Notes: generated from the sequence alone by a model not told the origin. Shown: positions 7,245-17,574, counted from the stretch's first letter. The stretch is DNA of 64,000 nucleotides from Candidatus Saccharimonadota bacterium (GCA_028289135.1 JAQGGW010000008.1:34385-98384), one strand, 5' to 3'. Program-made: numbers and translations.

Positions 7245-8576
7245 CTAGTTAACCGGCTTTTTAATACTATACTTTAGTATTTTTTTGCTTTTTGTACTGG
7301 TTCCTACTATTGCTATACCAGCCATTCCAAAAAACACATACGCTAAAGTATCATCAGCCCAAGCATGCGTAAGCATATTTATAAATATAGTACCAACTAG
7401 TATTGCCAACACTGCCCTTGGCAATACTTCGGTATGTTTATCCCATAAACTCTTGCCTAACATAGCTATAAACAACATAAACAAGCCTAATCCTATGAGT
7501 CCTGCCTCTTGCCCTATTTGTAAAAAATAGTTTTCGGCAATTCTTGACATTTTCGTATTACGCAGAGAAGCAGGCCCCGCACTACCTACGCCTTTGCCTA
7601 GTGGTGTATTATAAATATCTTTGACTCCAGATTTTAATGCGCTCGAATGCTGTTCATTTGAACTCTGAAGAGATGTGGATTTTTCATTAGTATGAAATAA
7701 CATGTTTTGAGCAATATCATTATTACGGAGGCTAACTGTGACAATACCGACAAATAAAACCGCTAAAGCCGTAACAATATAAACCTGCTTCTTTTTTGTG
7801 GGATCCTGGATTGACCATAACGAAAAGCACACTAGTGATACCATCAATCCTATCCATGCGCCCCTAGAATAGCTACCATAAAGGGCAATTAGACTTGCCG
7901 CACTTGTAATATAAACGTAAATTCGCTTCTTCCTGGTTTTAATAACCTCAGCAAAAAGCAATGTGCATATTAACATCATATAGGCTCCAAAAGCATTAGG
8001 CCCTCTGAGTGTAGACTGTACTCGGAAGAAGCTTTGTTTTCCGTCAATAGTTTCGAATAAAGGTATAGTATTTCTCCCGTACCCAAAGTGTGCAAGAAAC
8101 TCTTTTGGCAATATAGTCATTTGAAGAATGCTAAAAATAATGACTAAGATAGCGGGTATAAAAACCAGCTTTTCCCAATGAAAACGATATCTATGAGCTG
8201 CCAAAGATACAACACCTAGAAATAGTACATATCTTGTGTCAATTATGAACCCATAGATTGCAGCGTTACGATTTACGTTTCCGACTAGCAGGCCATAAAT
8301 AGTTGCTATAGCAATTGCAGTTAGGTATAAAATTCCAGCTTGTACAACCCTATTTTTAATCGACTTTTTCAAAAGTGTAAGATCTTTAAATAAGATAATA
8401 ATCGCAACAATGCATAGACCTAAGAGTAGTATTTCTTTCCAGATACGTATTAGATCAAAATGTGCAAAATGACTTGCAAAAAAAGTGGTAAATAATGCAT
8501 GAAAAGGGAGTAGCACTAGTATTATTGATGAGCCAACTCCAATGATTCTGTAATAAAGGTCGTTTCGCTTCTGCAT
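7245..8576 (-). CDS. O-antigen ligase/Wzy_C-like membrane protein
   Basis: 'RVQSTLRGPNAFG', 'SYSRGAWIG', 'PLGKGVG', 'ENYFLQIGQEAGLIG'. Confidence 0.85.
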   Translation of the reverse strand: MQKRNDLYYRIIGVGSSIILVLLPFHALFTTFFASHFAHFDLIRIWKEILLLGLCIVAIIILFKDLTLLKKSIKNRVVQAGILYLTAIAIATIYGLLVGNVNRNAAIYGFIIDTRYVLFLGVVSLAAHRYRFHWEKLVFIPAILVIIFSILQMTILPKEFLAHFGYGRNTIPLFETIDGKQSFFRVQSTLRGPNAFGAYMMLICTLLFAEVIKTRKKRIYVYITSAASLIALYGSYSRGAWIGLMVSLVCFSLWSIQDPTKKKQVYIVTALAVLFVGIVTVSLRNNDIAQNMLFHTNEKSTSLQSSNEQHSSALKSGVKDIYNTPLGKGVGSAGPASLRNTKMSRIAENYFLQIGQEAGLIGLGLFMLFIAMLGKSLWDKHTEVLPRAVLAILVGTIFINMLTHAWADDTLAYVFFGMAGIAIVGTSTKSKKILKYSIKKPVN

Positions 8577-8583
8577 ACTCCCT

Positions 8584-8591
8584 AGTATACT
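8584..8591. promoter_or_regulatory. Palindromic bidirectional -10 element (AGTATACT)
   Basis: TATACT on both strands within the 24-bp divergent spacer; 7 and 9 nt from the two ATGs. Confidence 0.5.
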
Positions 8592-8600
8592 TGTTATTGG

Positions 8601-10037
8601 ATGAAGAATAATACTTCTTTAATATATGGTTTTTTCCTCATTGTTGGTGACTTTTTAGCGCTTATCGGTGCGTTTATTAGTGCTTTCATCCTTCGCGTTA
8701 CGCTCGACAACCGCCCTACCATTGCCCGCATTACATCCGCCCAGTATCTTAAAGTTTTCTTGCTACTATTGCCTTTTTGGCTGATTATATTTGGCCTACT
8801 AGGACTTTATAACAAAAATACTTACGAAAACCGGTTTTCGGAATTTGGCCGGCTAATAATTGGTTCATTCATCGGCATTTTATTTGTAATTAGTTATGGT
8901 TATATTACTAATACCCCCATCTTTCCGGCCCGGCTCGTTACTGTCTATGGCTTTTTGTTAGCACTCTGTTTTATGTTGCTTTTTCGAACACTGGCCAGAG
9001 TAATCCGCCGCGGCTTATTTAGCTATGGTTATGGGGTTAATCATGTCCTGATTGTAGGCAATACCATCGTTACGGACGAACTTATAACCTCTTTAGAAAA
9101 CACAGAAGTTACGGGATATAAAGTGGTGGGGATTGTCAGCACCAACACTAAGCACGGCAGCAAACACAAACAACACATTTTTGAATCCTTTGAAGAAGCT
9201 ATAAAAAAGCTTAAAAACGAATCGGTGCATAGCATAATCCAAACCGAACTTTACGTTATGGCCGGCCAAAACAGCGAAATCTTAACCTATGCCCAAGAAA
9301 ACCACATCGCCTACAGGTTTGTGCCGGGCAACAGCGAGCTTTTTGTCGGTAATATTGAAGTGGATTTGTTCCAATCTATCCCTGTTATTGCCGTGCACCA
9401 GACGGCACTGGTCGGCTGGGGGCGGATTGTAAAGCGCATTTTCGACATTTTCGCGTCACTTATTTTTATTATTATTGCGTCCGTTCCAATGCTGCTAATT
9501 GCCTTTGTTATTAAAATTACCGACCCGCGCGGCAAGATTTTTTATAAACCAAAGCGTCTGGGCCGGTTTGGCAACACATTTAACTGCTACAAATTCCGCA
9601 GTATGTACCAAAAATACAATATGAGCCCAGAAGAAGGCTTTGCCAAAATGGGACGCTTGGACTTGCTTAAGCAATACCGGGAAAATGGCGACAGACTGCC
9701 GCGTGATCCGCGCATTACGCCGATTGGCCGCTTTATCCGCAAGTTCTCTCTGGACGAGCTTCCGCAGCTCTTTAACGTGCTTAAGGGCGATATTAGCCTG
9801 GTTGGCCCGCGCGCGCTTGACCATTTTGAGCTTGACCAGTACGCCAAGAAAAACCTTATTTTATCGGTTAAAACCGGCCTGACTGGCCTGGCCCAAATCT
9901 CGGGCCGCAGTGATATCCCGTTTGAAGAACGCCGCAAGCTTGACCTGTACTACGTCCAAAACTGGAGCTTCTGGAACGACCTAGTGATTGTCGCCAAAAC
10001 TGTGTCCGTGGTACTTTTTCACCGAGGGGTACGCTAA
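8601..10037 (+). CDS. Priming polyprenyl-phosphate glycosylphosphotransferase (WbaP/WcaJ family)
   Basis: N-terminal TMs; 'KRIFDI', 'YKFRSM', 'DPRITPIGRFIRKFSLDELPQLFNVLKGDISLVGPR', 'GLTGLAQISGR'. Confidence 0.93.
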   Translation: MKNNTSLIYGFFLIVGDFLALIGAFISAFILRVTLDNRPTIARITSAQYLKVFLLLLPFWLIIFGLLGLYNKNTYENRFSEFGRLIIGSFIGILFVISYGYITNTPIFPARLVTVYGFLLALCFMLLFRTLARVIRRGLFSYGYGVNHVLIVGNTIVTDELITSLENTEVTGYKVVGIVSTNTKHGSKHKQHIFESFEEAIKKLKNESVHSIIQTELYVMAGQNSEILTYAQENHIAYRFVPGNSELFVGNIEVDLFQSIPVIAVHQTALVGWGRIVKRIFDIFASLIFIIIASVPMLLIAFVIKITDPRGKIFYKPKRLGRFGNTFNCYKFRSMYQKYNMSPEEGFAKMGRLDLLKQYRENGDRLPRDPRITPIGRFIRKFSLDELPQLFNVLKGDISLVGPRALDHFELDQYAKKNLILSVKTGLTGLAQISGRSDIPFEERRKLDLYYVQNWSFWNDLVIVAKTVSVVLFHRGVR

Positions 10038-10039
10038 AA

Positions 10040-11131
10040 GTGAAGGTAGCTATTGTCCACGACTGGCTGGTGGGCGGGGGAGCGGAGCGCGTGGTTGAGG
10101 AAATCCATAAGCTCTACCCTGATGCTCCCATTTACACGTCCTACTGCACGCCCGAATGGCGCGAGCGTTTGGACGGCAAAGTAGTTACCGGCTGGCTGCA
10201 GCATTTAGGACGGATTCGGAAATTTATCCCGGTTTTAAGGATTTGGTGGTTTACGCATCTGGACTTTACAGGGTATGACATGGTCATTAGCAGTTCCGGC
10301 AATGGCGAAGCTTTTGGTATTAAAACCCCGCGCGATACTTTACATGTTAACTATTGCCACGCTCCAACTCATTTTTATTGGCGATTTTATGATAAATATC
10401 TTGAACAGCCCGGTTTTGGGGCTTTTAACCCGCTGGCGCGCTTGGGCCTAAAGATTTTAGTAAAACCCCTGCGTGCATGGGATTATAAAGCTGCACAGCG
10501 TGCTAATTACTTCATTGCCAATTCAAACCATATTAAAGATGAAATTAAAGAGTTTTATGGACGTGATTCGGTTGTAATTTTTCCTCCCGTGAATACTTAT
10601 CGTTTTTCAAAAGTTACAACAAAAAAAAGAGCGGGTTTCGTTACGGCGTCACGCCAAGTACCTCAGAAGAAACTTGATATTATTATTGGTGCTGCCAACG
10701 AGCTTAAACTTCCCCTATTAGTCATTGGACGCGGGCCCGAGCATGAAAGGCTTGCAAGTCTCGCAGGGGATACCGTGACGCTTCGTAATGACGTGAGTGA
10801 TGAAGAAATGCCAATCCTGTTTGCATGTGCTGAGGCGTTCTTATTTGCTGCCTACGAAGACTTTGGCGTGACGCCGGTGGAAGCATTGGCTTCCGGAACT
10901 CCCGTACTTGCTTATAAGCTTGGGGGAGCACTTGATTATATTCAGCCTGGTGTTAATGGTGAATTCTTCAACATCCAAAGCGTGCCATCTTTATGTGCGG
11001 CAATACAAAAGTTTGATTTGGCAAAATTTTCAGAATCTGCCGTACGTGAATCAGCTCAGAAATTTAGTTCGCAAGCTTTTGCTGCTTCTTTAACTAAATA
11101 TATTCAACTCATAACGAAAGGAATGTCATGA
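10040..11131 (+). CDS. GT4 glycosyltransferase (WbaZ-like)
   Basis: 'KVAIVHDWL..GGAERV', 'EDFGVTPVEALASGTPV'. Confidence 0.9.
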   Translation: MKVAIVHDWLVGGGAERVVEEIHKLYPDAPIYTSYCTPEWRERLDGKVVTGWLQHLGRIRKFIPVLRIWWFTHLDFTGYDMVISSSGNGEAFGIKTPRDTLHVNYCHAPTHFYWRFYDKYLEQPGFGAFNPLARLGLKILVKPLRAWDYKAAQRANYFIANSNHIKDEIKEFYGRDSVVIFPPVNTYRFSKVTTKKRAGFVTASRQVPQKKLDIIIGAANELKLPLLVIGRGPEHERLASLAGDTVTLRNDVSDEEMPILFACAEAFLFAAYEDFGVTPVEALASGTPVLAYKLGGALDYIQPGVNGEFFNIQSVPSLCAAIQKFDLAKFSESAVRESAQKFSSQAFAASLTKYIQLITKGMS

Positions 11132-12144
11132 AAAACATACTAGTAACTGGCGGTGCTGGATTTATTGGTAGTCATACGGCAGTAGAACTTATTGCAGCCG
11201 GCTACAATGCAGTCATTGTCGATAATCTAAGTAATTCTAAAGAGAGTGCACTGACAGGAATAAAAGAAATTTCTGGAGCTACTCCTTCTTTTTACAATCT
11301 TGACTACAGCAATGACGAAAAATTAAAAGAAATTATCTTAAAGGAATCTGTTGATGGAGTCATACATTTTGCAGCGTTTAAAGCCGTAGGCGAATCAACT
11401 GAAACACCTCTTAAGTATTATGCTAATAACGTTGCTGGATTCGTAGGGCTATTGAGCACTTTAGAAAAACTTGGGATCCCGATTGTATTCTCGTCCTCAT
11501 GTACGGTATACGGTGAGCCAGACAGCCTGCCGGTCAATGAGCAAGCCCCTATAAAGCCTGCTGAGTCACCTTACGGCACTACCAAGCAGATGGATGAGAC
11601 TATTCTGAGAGACGCTACAAAGGCTAGCAAAAAACTCAAGAGCATAGCCCTTCGTTATTTCAACCCAGTAGGCGCGCATCCGTCGGGGCTTATTGGTGAA
11701 TTGCCGCTTGGTCGGCCAAGCAATCTTTTTCCAGTGGTCACACAAGCAATTGCTGGGGTTGGAAAGGAACTCACAGTGTTTGGAACCGATTATGATACGC
11801 CGGACGGTAGTTGTGTACGTGATTATATACATGTAGTAGACCTTGCGAAAGCGCATATAAAAGCACTGGAGTATTTAAACGGTCAGCAGCAAGGGTTTTA
11901 TGATGTGTTTAATATCGGCTCCGGTAAAGGCAATACGGTTCTTGAGGTCATTAAAGCTTTTGAGGAAACAACGGGTAAAAAAGTACCACACATACTTGGA
12001 GCAAGGCGGGATGGTGACATTGTTGCAACCTATGCAAATTGCAGCAAGGCAAATGAATTATTGGGCTGGAAAACTGAAAAGACTCTAACTGACAGTTGTC
12101 GTGATGCCTGGAACTGGCAAACTAAAATTACACCTGCGCTTTAA
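11128..12144 (+). CDS. galE: UDP-glucose 4-epimerase
   Basis: 'ILVTGGAGFIGSHT', 'HFAAFKAVGES', YxxxK, 'LRYFNPVGAHPSG', 'DGSCVRDYIHV'. Confidence 0.95.
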   Translation: MKNILVTGGAGFIGSHTAVELIAAGYNAVIVDNLSNSKESALTGIKEISGATPSFYNLDYSNDEKLKEIILKESVDGVIHFAAFKAVGESTETPLKYYANNVAGFVGLLSTLEKLGIPIVFSSSCTVYGEPDSLPVNEQAPIKPAESPYGTTKQMDETILRDATKASKKLKSIALRYFNPVGAHPSGLIGELPLGRPSNLFPVVTQAIAGVGKELTVFGTDYDTPDGSCVRDYIHVVDLAKAHIKALEYLNGQQQGFYDVFNIGSGKGNTVLEVIKAFEETTGKKVPHILGARRDGDIVATYANCSKANELLGWKTEKTLTDSCRDAWNWQTKITPAL

Positions 12145-12637
12145 AATCAAAGTAACTTTTGAGGGCCTGGCTTATAAATCCGCGTTGTGATTCCATTAGT
12201 AATTCTGGTAGTTGGGATGCTTTGTAAAAACTGCCTGCACGTGGCTCACTCTTTACTTCAACCCAAAATATCAGTATCTGTTCCATGCCGCGTTTGCTTT
12301 TATTTAAACTACTTCCGACATAGTGTGGCTCGCCTATTGCTGTGTCCTTAAGCTCATTTTTAGTAATACGTCCAAACGCCGTGTGCCTGCCCTCGTCTGT
12401 ATCAGTTGCCCTGATGACCGTACCTGGTGTATGGAGTTGTCCGGGCCAAAATTTATCATCTTGGCTGCGAGGCAATAATAAAACTTCTACTTTACCGTCG
12501 TACATGCGCAGCGGAACAAATTCAATGATTGGCAAAACAGTCAGTCGGGCGATTTCAATAAAAATATCAAACGGCAAAAAACCAGGTTTTAATTTGCGAA
12601 GCAGCGACGTGAGTTGTTGGATGTCGGTATCATTCAT
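12128..12637 (-). CDS. NUDIX-fold protein, GDP-mannose mannosyl hydrolase (Gmm/WcaH)-like
   Basis: 'F..IARLTVLPIIEF...VLLLPR.....WPGQLHTPG' parallels the Gmm N-terminus; Nudix box degenerate; downstream of manC. Confidence 0.5.
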   Translation of the reverse strand: MNDTDIQQLTSLLRKLKPGFLPFDIFIEIARLTVLPIIEFVPLRMYDGKVEVLLLPRSQDDKFWPGQLHTPGTVIRATDTDEGRHTAFGRITKNELKDTAIGEPHYVGSSLNKSKRGMEQILIFWVEVKSEPRAGSFYKASQLPELLMESQRGFISQALKSYFDFKAQV

Positions 12638-12646
12638 CTATAATCT

Positions 12647-13678
12647 TTATTTTTGCAATCGCTTGGCAACGTCACCAACGTTTTGGGCATAGTTTTTATT
12701 AGTGACCAAAACCCCATGCTGAGTATTAATTACCACCACGTTATCGAGCCCAATTACTGCCACCGGAACTTCAGTGTCATTACGAACATAACTATTTGTT
12801 GCACTCTCGATTTCAATCTTTTCTCCTCTAGTGTGATTGCCAGAGTCATCCTTGCCACTGATATCATGTAAATCTTTAAATGAACCAATGTCTGCCCAGT
12901 CAAAACTGCCAGTTACTACAATTGCGTCTTTTACTTTTTCTGAAAGTGCCAGCTCTAAGGGTTCTGTAATAAAACTAAGGTACGTTTCGTCGCGGTTTTT
13001 TGACGCAAACAATGCTTCGTAGTCTGAAGTCATCCGTTCGGAATTATTAGCCATTTCGCGCTCAAACGTTTTAAGTGTTCCAACTAAATACCCCGTATTC
13101 CAAAGATATTTACCGCTCGCTATAAATTTTTCGGCAGTTCGTTTGTCCGGCTTTTCTTTGAAGCTCATCAAGTTGTGCGCGTCACGCCATCCCTTTAATT
13201 TACCATCGCGTTCCATATAACCAAGTCCCGTCGAAGGATAACTTGGGTTCACTCCAATAAAAACAAGCTTTTCCTCTGTCTCAGCTATTTCGCCCGCCTT
13301 AAGCATTGTAGCCGCAAATCCATCTGCATTACGTACCAAGTGGTCGGCCCATAAAAATAGAATTGGCTCGTCGGCCCATTTACGCTTTTTAATTTCGGTT
13401 AGTGCAAGAAGTAAGCAAGATGCAGTACCGCGGCGGCCAGGCTCAGGAATAATATTTTTCTTGCCTATATCTTTAAGCTGTTCAAGAACATGATGTACGT
13501 GGGAAACTTCCGGAATAACTATTACTTTGTCTGCACTGGTAATCTGCAGTACCCGGTTAACGGTATTTTGGAGTAGGCTCTTATCGTTTACTAAACTCAG
13601 TAAGTGTTTTGGGTAACTATGAGTAGACAAAGGCCACAGTCTTGTTCCCGAACCCCCAGCAATTATTACGACTATCAT
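12647..13678 (-). CDS. manC: Mannose-1-phosphate guanylyltransferase (no PMI domain)
   Basis: 'IIAGGSGTRLWPLS...PK', 'ADH', 'FKEKP', 'WNTG', 'DWADIGSF'. Confidence 0.9.
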   Translation of the reverse strand: MIVVIIAGGSGTRLWPLSTHSYPKHLLSLVNDKSLLQNTVNRVLQITSADKVIVIPEVSHVHHVLEQLKDIGKKNIIPEPGRRGTASCLLLALTEIKKRKWADEPILFLWADHLVRNADGFAATMLKAGEIAETEEKLVFIGVNPSYPSTGLGYMERDGKLKGWRDAHNLMSFKEKPDKRTAEKFIASGKYLWNTGYLVGTLKTFEREMANNSERMTSDYEALFASKNRDETYLSFITEPLELALSEKVKDAIVVTGSFDWADIGSFKDLHDISGKDDSGNHTRGEKIEIESATNSYVRNDTEVPVAVIGLDNVVVINTQHGVLVTNKNYAQNVGDVAKRLQK

Positions 13679-13817
13679 TTGCCATAATAATAACAGAATT
13701 TTTTATTAGCATCAGCTCAAATTAGATAAGTTAGCGAATGATACAACAATCTGGCCATATATTTGAAATAGTTATGCTTTTTTGATAATATAAATATGAT
13801 ATTTTAAAATAAATAGT

Positions 13818-14384
13818 ATGCACAAAACAAGCTCTCGTCCATCTTCTAAGCACCTCCCCAAGAACACTTTTGTAAAAATAGTGATAATACTATTAGTTAT
13901 ACTAATTTTACTGGTCTCTTTAGGTCATAGGACTCTGAATAAAAAGCAAAAAACTAACCCGCCGAAAATTACCACGGCTGCACCGAGCACTAACATAAAT
14001 CTTGACCCTCCAACACAAGAAGAAAAGAAAATTACCGAAGAAAATAAAACTAAAAATCTTAATGAAAGTGTCGCTCCTCCAACTATTGATTCAAATGGCC
14101 TTAGGGCTGTAACTCCTGTAATTTCATATGCTGATAAAAATGGGGCTTCAGCATATATAAACGGGATCTTTGAAGAAGGTGGTACATGTATGGCAGAATA
14201 TTCTCACGGCGATGATAAAATCACGACTACGTCGACGGGTTTTCAAAATTCCAATTACACCAGTTGCGAACCTTTGACCCTTCCTGGGCCTTTAAATATA
14301 AAAGGTGACTGGAGTCTAATTGTTAGTTATAAATCCACTACCTCTAGCGGCAAATCGGCATCAATGCTCGTTAGGGTCGATTAA
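13818..14384 (+). CDS. Membrane-anchored hypothetical protein
   Basis: Single N-terminal TM, Pro/Thr linker, C-terminal beta-rich domain with two Cys. Confidence 0.7.
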   Translation: MHKTSSRPSSKHLPKNTFVKIVIILLVILILLVSLGHRTLNKKQKTNPPKITTAAPSTNINLDPPTQEEKKITEENKTKNLNESVAPPTIDSNGLRAVTPVISYADKNGASAYINGIFEEGGTCMAEYSHGDDKITTTSTGFQNSNYTSCEPLTLPGPLNIKGDWSLIVSYKSTTSSGKSASMLVRVD

Positions 14385-14388
14385 AGCT

Positions 14389-16365
14389 ATGTCACGCCGT
14401 TTTAACTACCTAGCATATTTTTTTGTAGTTACTATTTTTGTTTTATCATTTTCTGTATTTAACTCTTATACCATCCCTAAGGCAAACGCTCTAGCTAACA
14501 GCGAATTTGATGCATCACGTATCATTGATGATTCTGTTTTTTTTAATCCTAACAGTATGAATACTGATGAAATTCAAGTTTTCTTAAATAGTAAAGTTCC
14601 TGTTTGTGAAACTAATCACAGTCAAGATGGATACCCCTATCCACCACCTTATACGTGCTTAAAAGACTTTGTACAAGTGACGGATTCTATGGCAGGTGAC
14701 AGTTTTTGTGGGCCAATTGCTGGTGGATCAAAAAGTGCCGCAACTATAATTAAGGAAGTTTCAGCAGCATGCTCTGTAAACCCTCAAATTCTTTTGATAC
14801 TTCTGCAAAAAGAACAGTCCCTTATAACAGATACATGGCCGCTTCCTTCGCAGTACACAAAAGCAACTGGATACGGTTGTCCAGATTCTACGGTACCTTC
14901 GCAATACGATAGCAATAGTAACAACTGTTACGATGAATACGAAGGTTATTTTAAACAGGTTTACTATGGCGCAAGACAATATCAAAAATATGCTAAACAA
15001 CCCCTGCAATTTAATTTTCGTGCAGGTCAAACAGCGAATATAGCTTTCAATCCAAGTGCATCATGCGGCTCGAGCAGTGTGACTATACAAAATCAGGCAA
15101 CCGCGGGGCTCTATAATTACACGCCTTACCAGCCTAATGCAGCTGTTCTTAATTCTACACACGGTGAAACGGTACCATGTGGCGCTTACGGTAATATAAA
15201 TTTTTGGTGGCAGTTCTGGAATTGGTTTGGAAATCCAATAGGCTCACCTTATGCTTGGTTAATAGATAGTTTCACATATTCTGGCGGCGACAACCTCATT
15301 GCACAAGGAGAAACGGAAACTATTACCTTAAAAGCGAAGAATGTTGGAAGGTTACCGTGGTATAACCATGGTAATAATCCCGTACGATTAGGCACATGGG
15401 AAAATCCAGACCACAGTAGTGCGCTCCTAAACGGAGGAAATCGCTTTGCTACCTTAACTGAAAGTGTAGTGCAACCAAACTCTATTGGTACTTTTACATT
15501 TACGGTAACCCCATCAACTATTGGTACATATATAGAATCGATGAATTTAGTTGTTGAGAATAGCCAGTGGATGTCGTGGCCAGGTTTTAGACCTACAATA
15601 AATGTAACAAGTCCTTACAACTGGCAGATACAAGATGTTATTTATGAAAATGGTACTGGTGTAATGGACCCCGGCACGAGACAACTTATAACTGTGAAGG
15701 CAAAAAATACAGGTAATACAACATGGGTTAAAAATTCAACTACCCCTGTCCGTCTTGGCACCTGGTTACCGGATAGAAAAAGCGCAGTTAGCAGTTCATG
15801 GTTAAGCCAGGTTCGTGCCGCCGACATGAATGAGCAAAGTGTTGCCCCAGGTCAAACCGCAGGATTTCAGTTTTATATAAATATGCCTTCTTCTGGTAAC
15901 TTTTACGAACGCTTAAACCTTGTAGCAGAAGGGCAAACCTGGCTTAACGATCCTGGTTTAACTTTGTATCTGAGAGGTAGGTCGTACCAGTGGCAGCCTG
16001 TCTGGTCCTCATTAAGTACCGGCACAGTTGATATACCGCGTAACACTAACTTTACCTATACCCTGAAGGTCAAAAACGTTGGTGAGGCATCATGGACAAG
16101 AACTTCAGGTAAGCCACCAGTGCGATTAGGGACATCTGGGCCGTTGAATCGAGGGAGCAGCTTATATACACCAAGCTGGATAAACGATACTCGCCCAAGT
16201 GGGCTTATAGAAGACACTGTCGCTCCTGGAGACGAAGGCACCTTCACGTTTAACGGCAGGACACCAAGTACACCCGGACAAAGAATTGAGCGTTTTAACT
16301 TAGTTGCCGAAGGTGTTGCATGGTTTTCAAGTCCTGATGTCTTGCTTTATATTAACGTTCTATAG
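14389..16365 (+). CDS. Secreted surface protein: N-terminal 'hemagglutinin'-type (lysozyme-like?) domain plus three NBR1-like Ig repeats
   Basis: Signal peptide from ATG 14389; 'NPQILLILLQKEQSL..ATGYGCPD..ATAGLYNYTPY'; three repeats of 'KN.G...W....PVRLGT....V.PG....F.F....E..NLV.E'. Confidence 0.7.
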   Translation: MSRRFNYLAYFFVVTIFVLSFSVFNSYTIPKANALANSEFDASRIIDDSVFFNPNSMNTDEIQVFLNSKVPVCETNHSQDGYPYPPPYTCLKDFVQVTDSMAGDSFCGPIAGGSKSAATIIKEVSAACSVNPQILLILLQKEQSLITDTWPLPSQYTKATGYGCPDSTVPSQYDSNSNNCYDEYEGYFKQVYYGARQYQKYAKQPLQFNFRAGQTANIAFNPSASCGSSSVTIQNQATAGLYNYTPYQPNAAVLNSTHGETVPCGAYGNINFWWQFWNWFGNPIGSPYAWLIDSFTYSGGDNLIAQGETETITLKAKNVGRLPWYNHGNNPVRLGTWENPDHSSALLNGGNRFATLTESVVQPNSIGTFTFTVTPSTIGTYIESMNLVVENSQWMSWPGFRPTINVTSPYNWQIQDVIYENGTGVMDPGTRQLITVKAKNTGNTTWVKNSTTPVRLGTWLPDRKSAVSSSWLSQVRAADMNEQSVAPGQTAGFQFYINMPSSGNFYERLNLVAEGQTWLNDPGLTLYLRGRSYQWQPVWSSLSTGTVDIPRNTNFTYTLKVKNVGEASWTRTSGKPPVRLGTSGPLNRGSSLYTPSWINDTRPSGLIEDTVAPGDEGTFTFNGRTPSTPGQRIERFNLVAEGVAWFSSPDVLLYINVL

Positions 16366-16503
16366 CAAAAATGAATCAAATAAGCCCAGCCATGGAATTA
16401 ATGTTTACTAAGTTTAGAAGAAAGTAATATTTACATTATACTGCTCATGCAATTCAAAAGTAGCGAGTGGTCTGGTATCATTAGATAACAATCAAAGGAA
16501 GTC

Positions 16504-17574
16504 ATGAACAGTAAAAGTAAAATTTTTGTTGCTGGCCATAATGGCTTAGTCGGAAGTGCGATTGTACGCAAGCTTGTATCTCAAGGATACACTAATATTA
16601 TAGTAAAGACTTCGAGCGAACTGGATTTAAGGGATCAGCTAGCTACTGAGAATTTCTTTGAGAATGAGAAGCCTGAGTATGTATTTTTATCTGCCGCTAA
16701 AGTAGGCGGGATAATGGCAAACAATACTTATCGGGCAGATTTTATTTACGAAAACCTTTTAATACAAAATAATGTCATTGGATCAAGTTATAAAAATAAT
16801 GTAAAAAAATTATTATTCTTAGGAAGCAGTTGTATCTATCCAAAAAATGCTCCACAGCCACTTAAAGAAGACAGCCTACTAACTAGTGACCTCGAATATA
16901 CTAACGAACCTTATGCAGTAGCTAAAATTGCGGGAATAAAACTTACTGAAAGTTTCAATATCCAGTACGGCACAAACTACCTTTCTGTTATGCCTACAAA
17001 CCTGTACGGTATTAATGACAATTTTGATTTAGAAAAATCCCATGTCATGCCAGCGCTAATTCGTAAAACAATACTTTCAAAAATGCTAGAAGAAAAAGAA
17101 TACGAAGAAGTGGCTAACAATTTAAATATTGGATTTGAATCAAAAGAACAAATTATTGAAGTACTAAAAAAATACGGCATTACAATTACAGGCCAAGGAT
17201 CCGTCGATATTGCCGTTTGGGGAACTGGTACGCCATACCGCGAGTTCATGCATGTAGATGATATGGCTGATGCGTGTGTATTTGTAATGAATAACATCAG
17301 TTTCAGCGATGTATCAAAGGGTATGGCTGAAGTTAAGAATACCCATCTAAATGTCAGCACAGGTTCGGATATAACAATCAAAGAATTAGCTGAGTTGATT
17401 AAGCAAATAGTTGGCTTCAGTGGTACTATTACATTTGATCCAAGTAAACCCGATGGCACGCCTCGTAAATTGATGAGTCCAGATAAACTTAGTAAACTTG
17501 GTTGGAAATATCAGATAAATCTTAATGATGGCTTAAAGCGCACGATTGAATGGTACCAAGGAAAAAATGCGTAG
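16504..17574 (+). CDS. fcl: GDP-L-fucose synthase
   Basis: 'IFVAGHNGLVGSAI', 'AAKVGGI.AN', 'FLGSSCIYPK', 'YAVAKIAG', 'KPDGTPRK'. Confidence 0.95.
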   Translation: MNSKSKIFVAGHNGLVGSAIVRKLVSQGYTNIIVKTSSELDLRDQLATENFFENEKPEYVFLSAAKVGGIMANNTYRADFIYENLLIQNNVIGSSYKNNVKKLLFLGSSCIYPKNAPQPLKEDSLLTSDLEYTNEPYAVAKIAGIKLTESFNIQYGTNYLSVMPTNLYGINDNFDLEKSHVMPALIRKTILSKMLEEKEYEEVANNLNIGFESKEQIIEVLKKYGITITGQGSVDIAVWGTGTPYREFMHVDDMADACVFVMNNISFSDVSKGMAEVKNTHLNVSTGSDITIKELAELIKQIVGFSGTITFDPSKPDGTPRKLMSPDKLSKLGWKYQINLNDGLKRTIEWYQGKNA

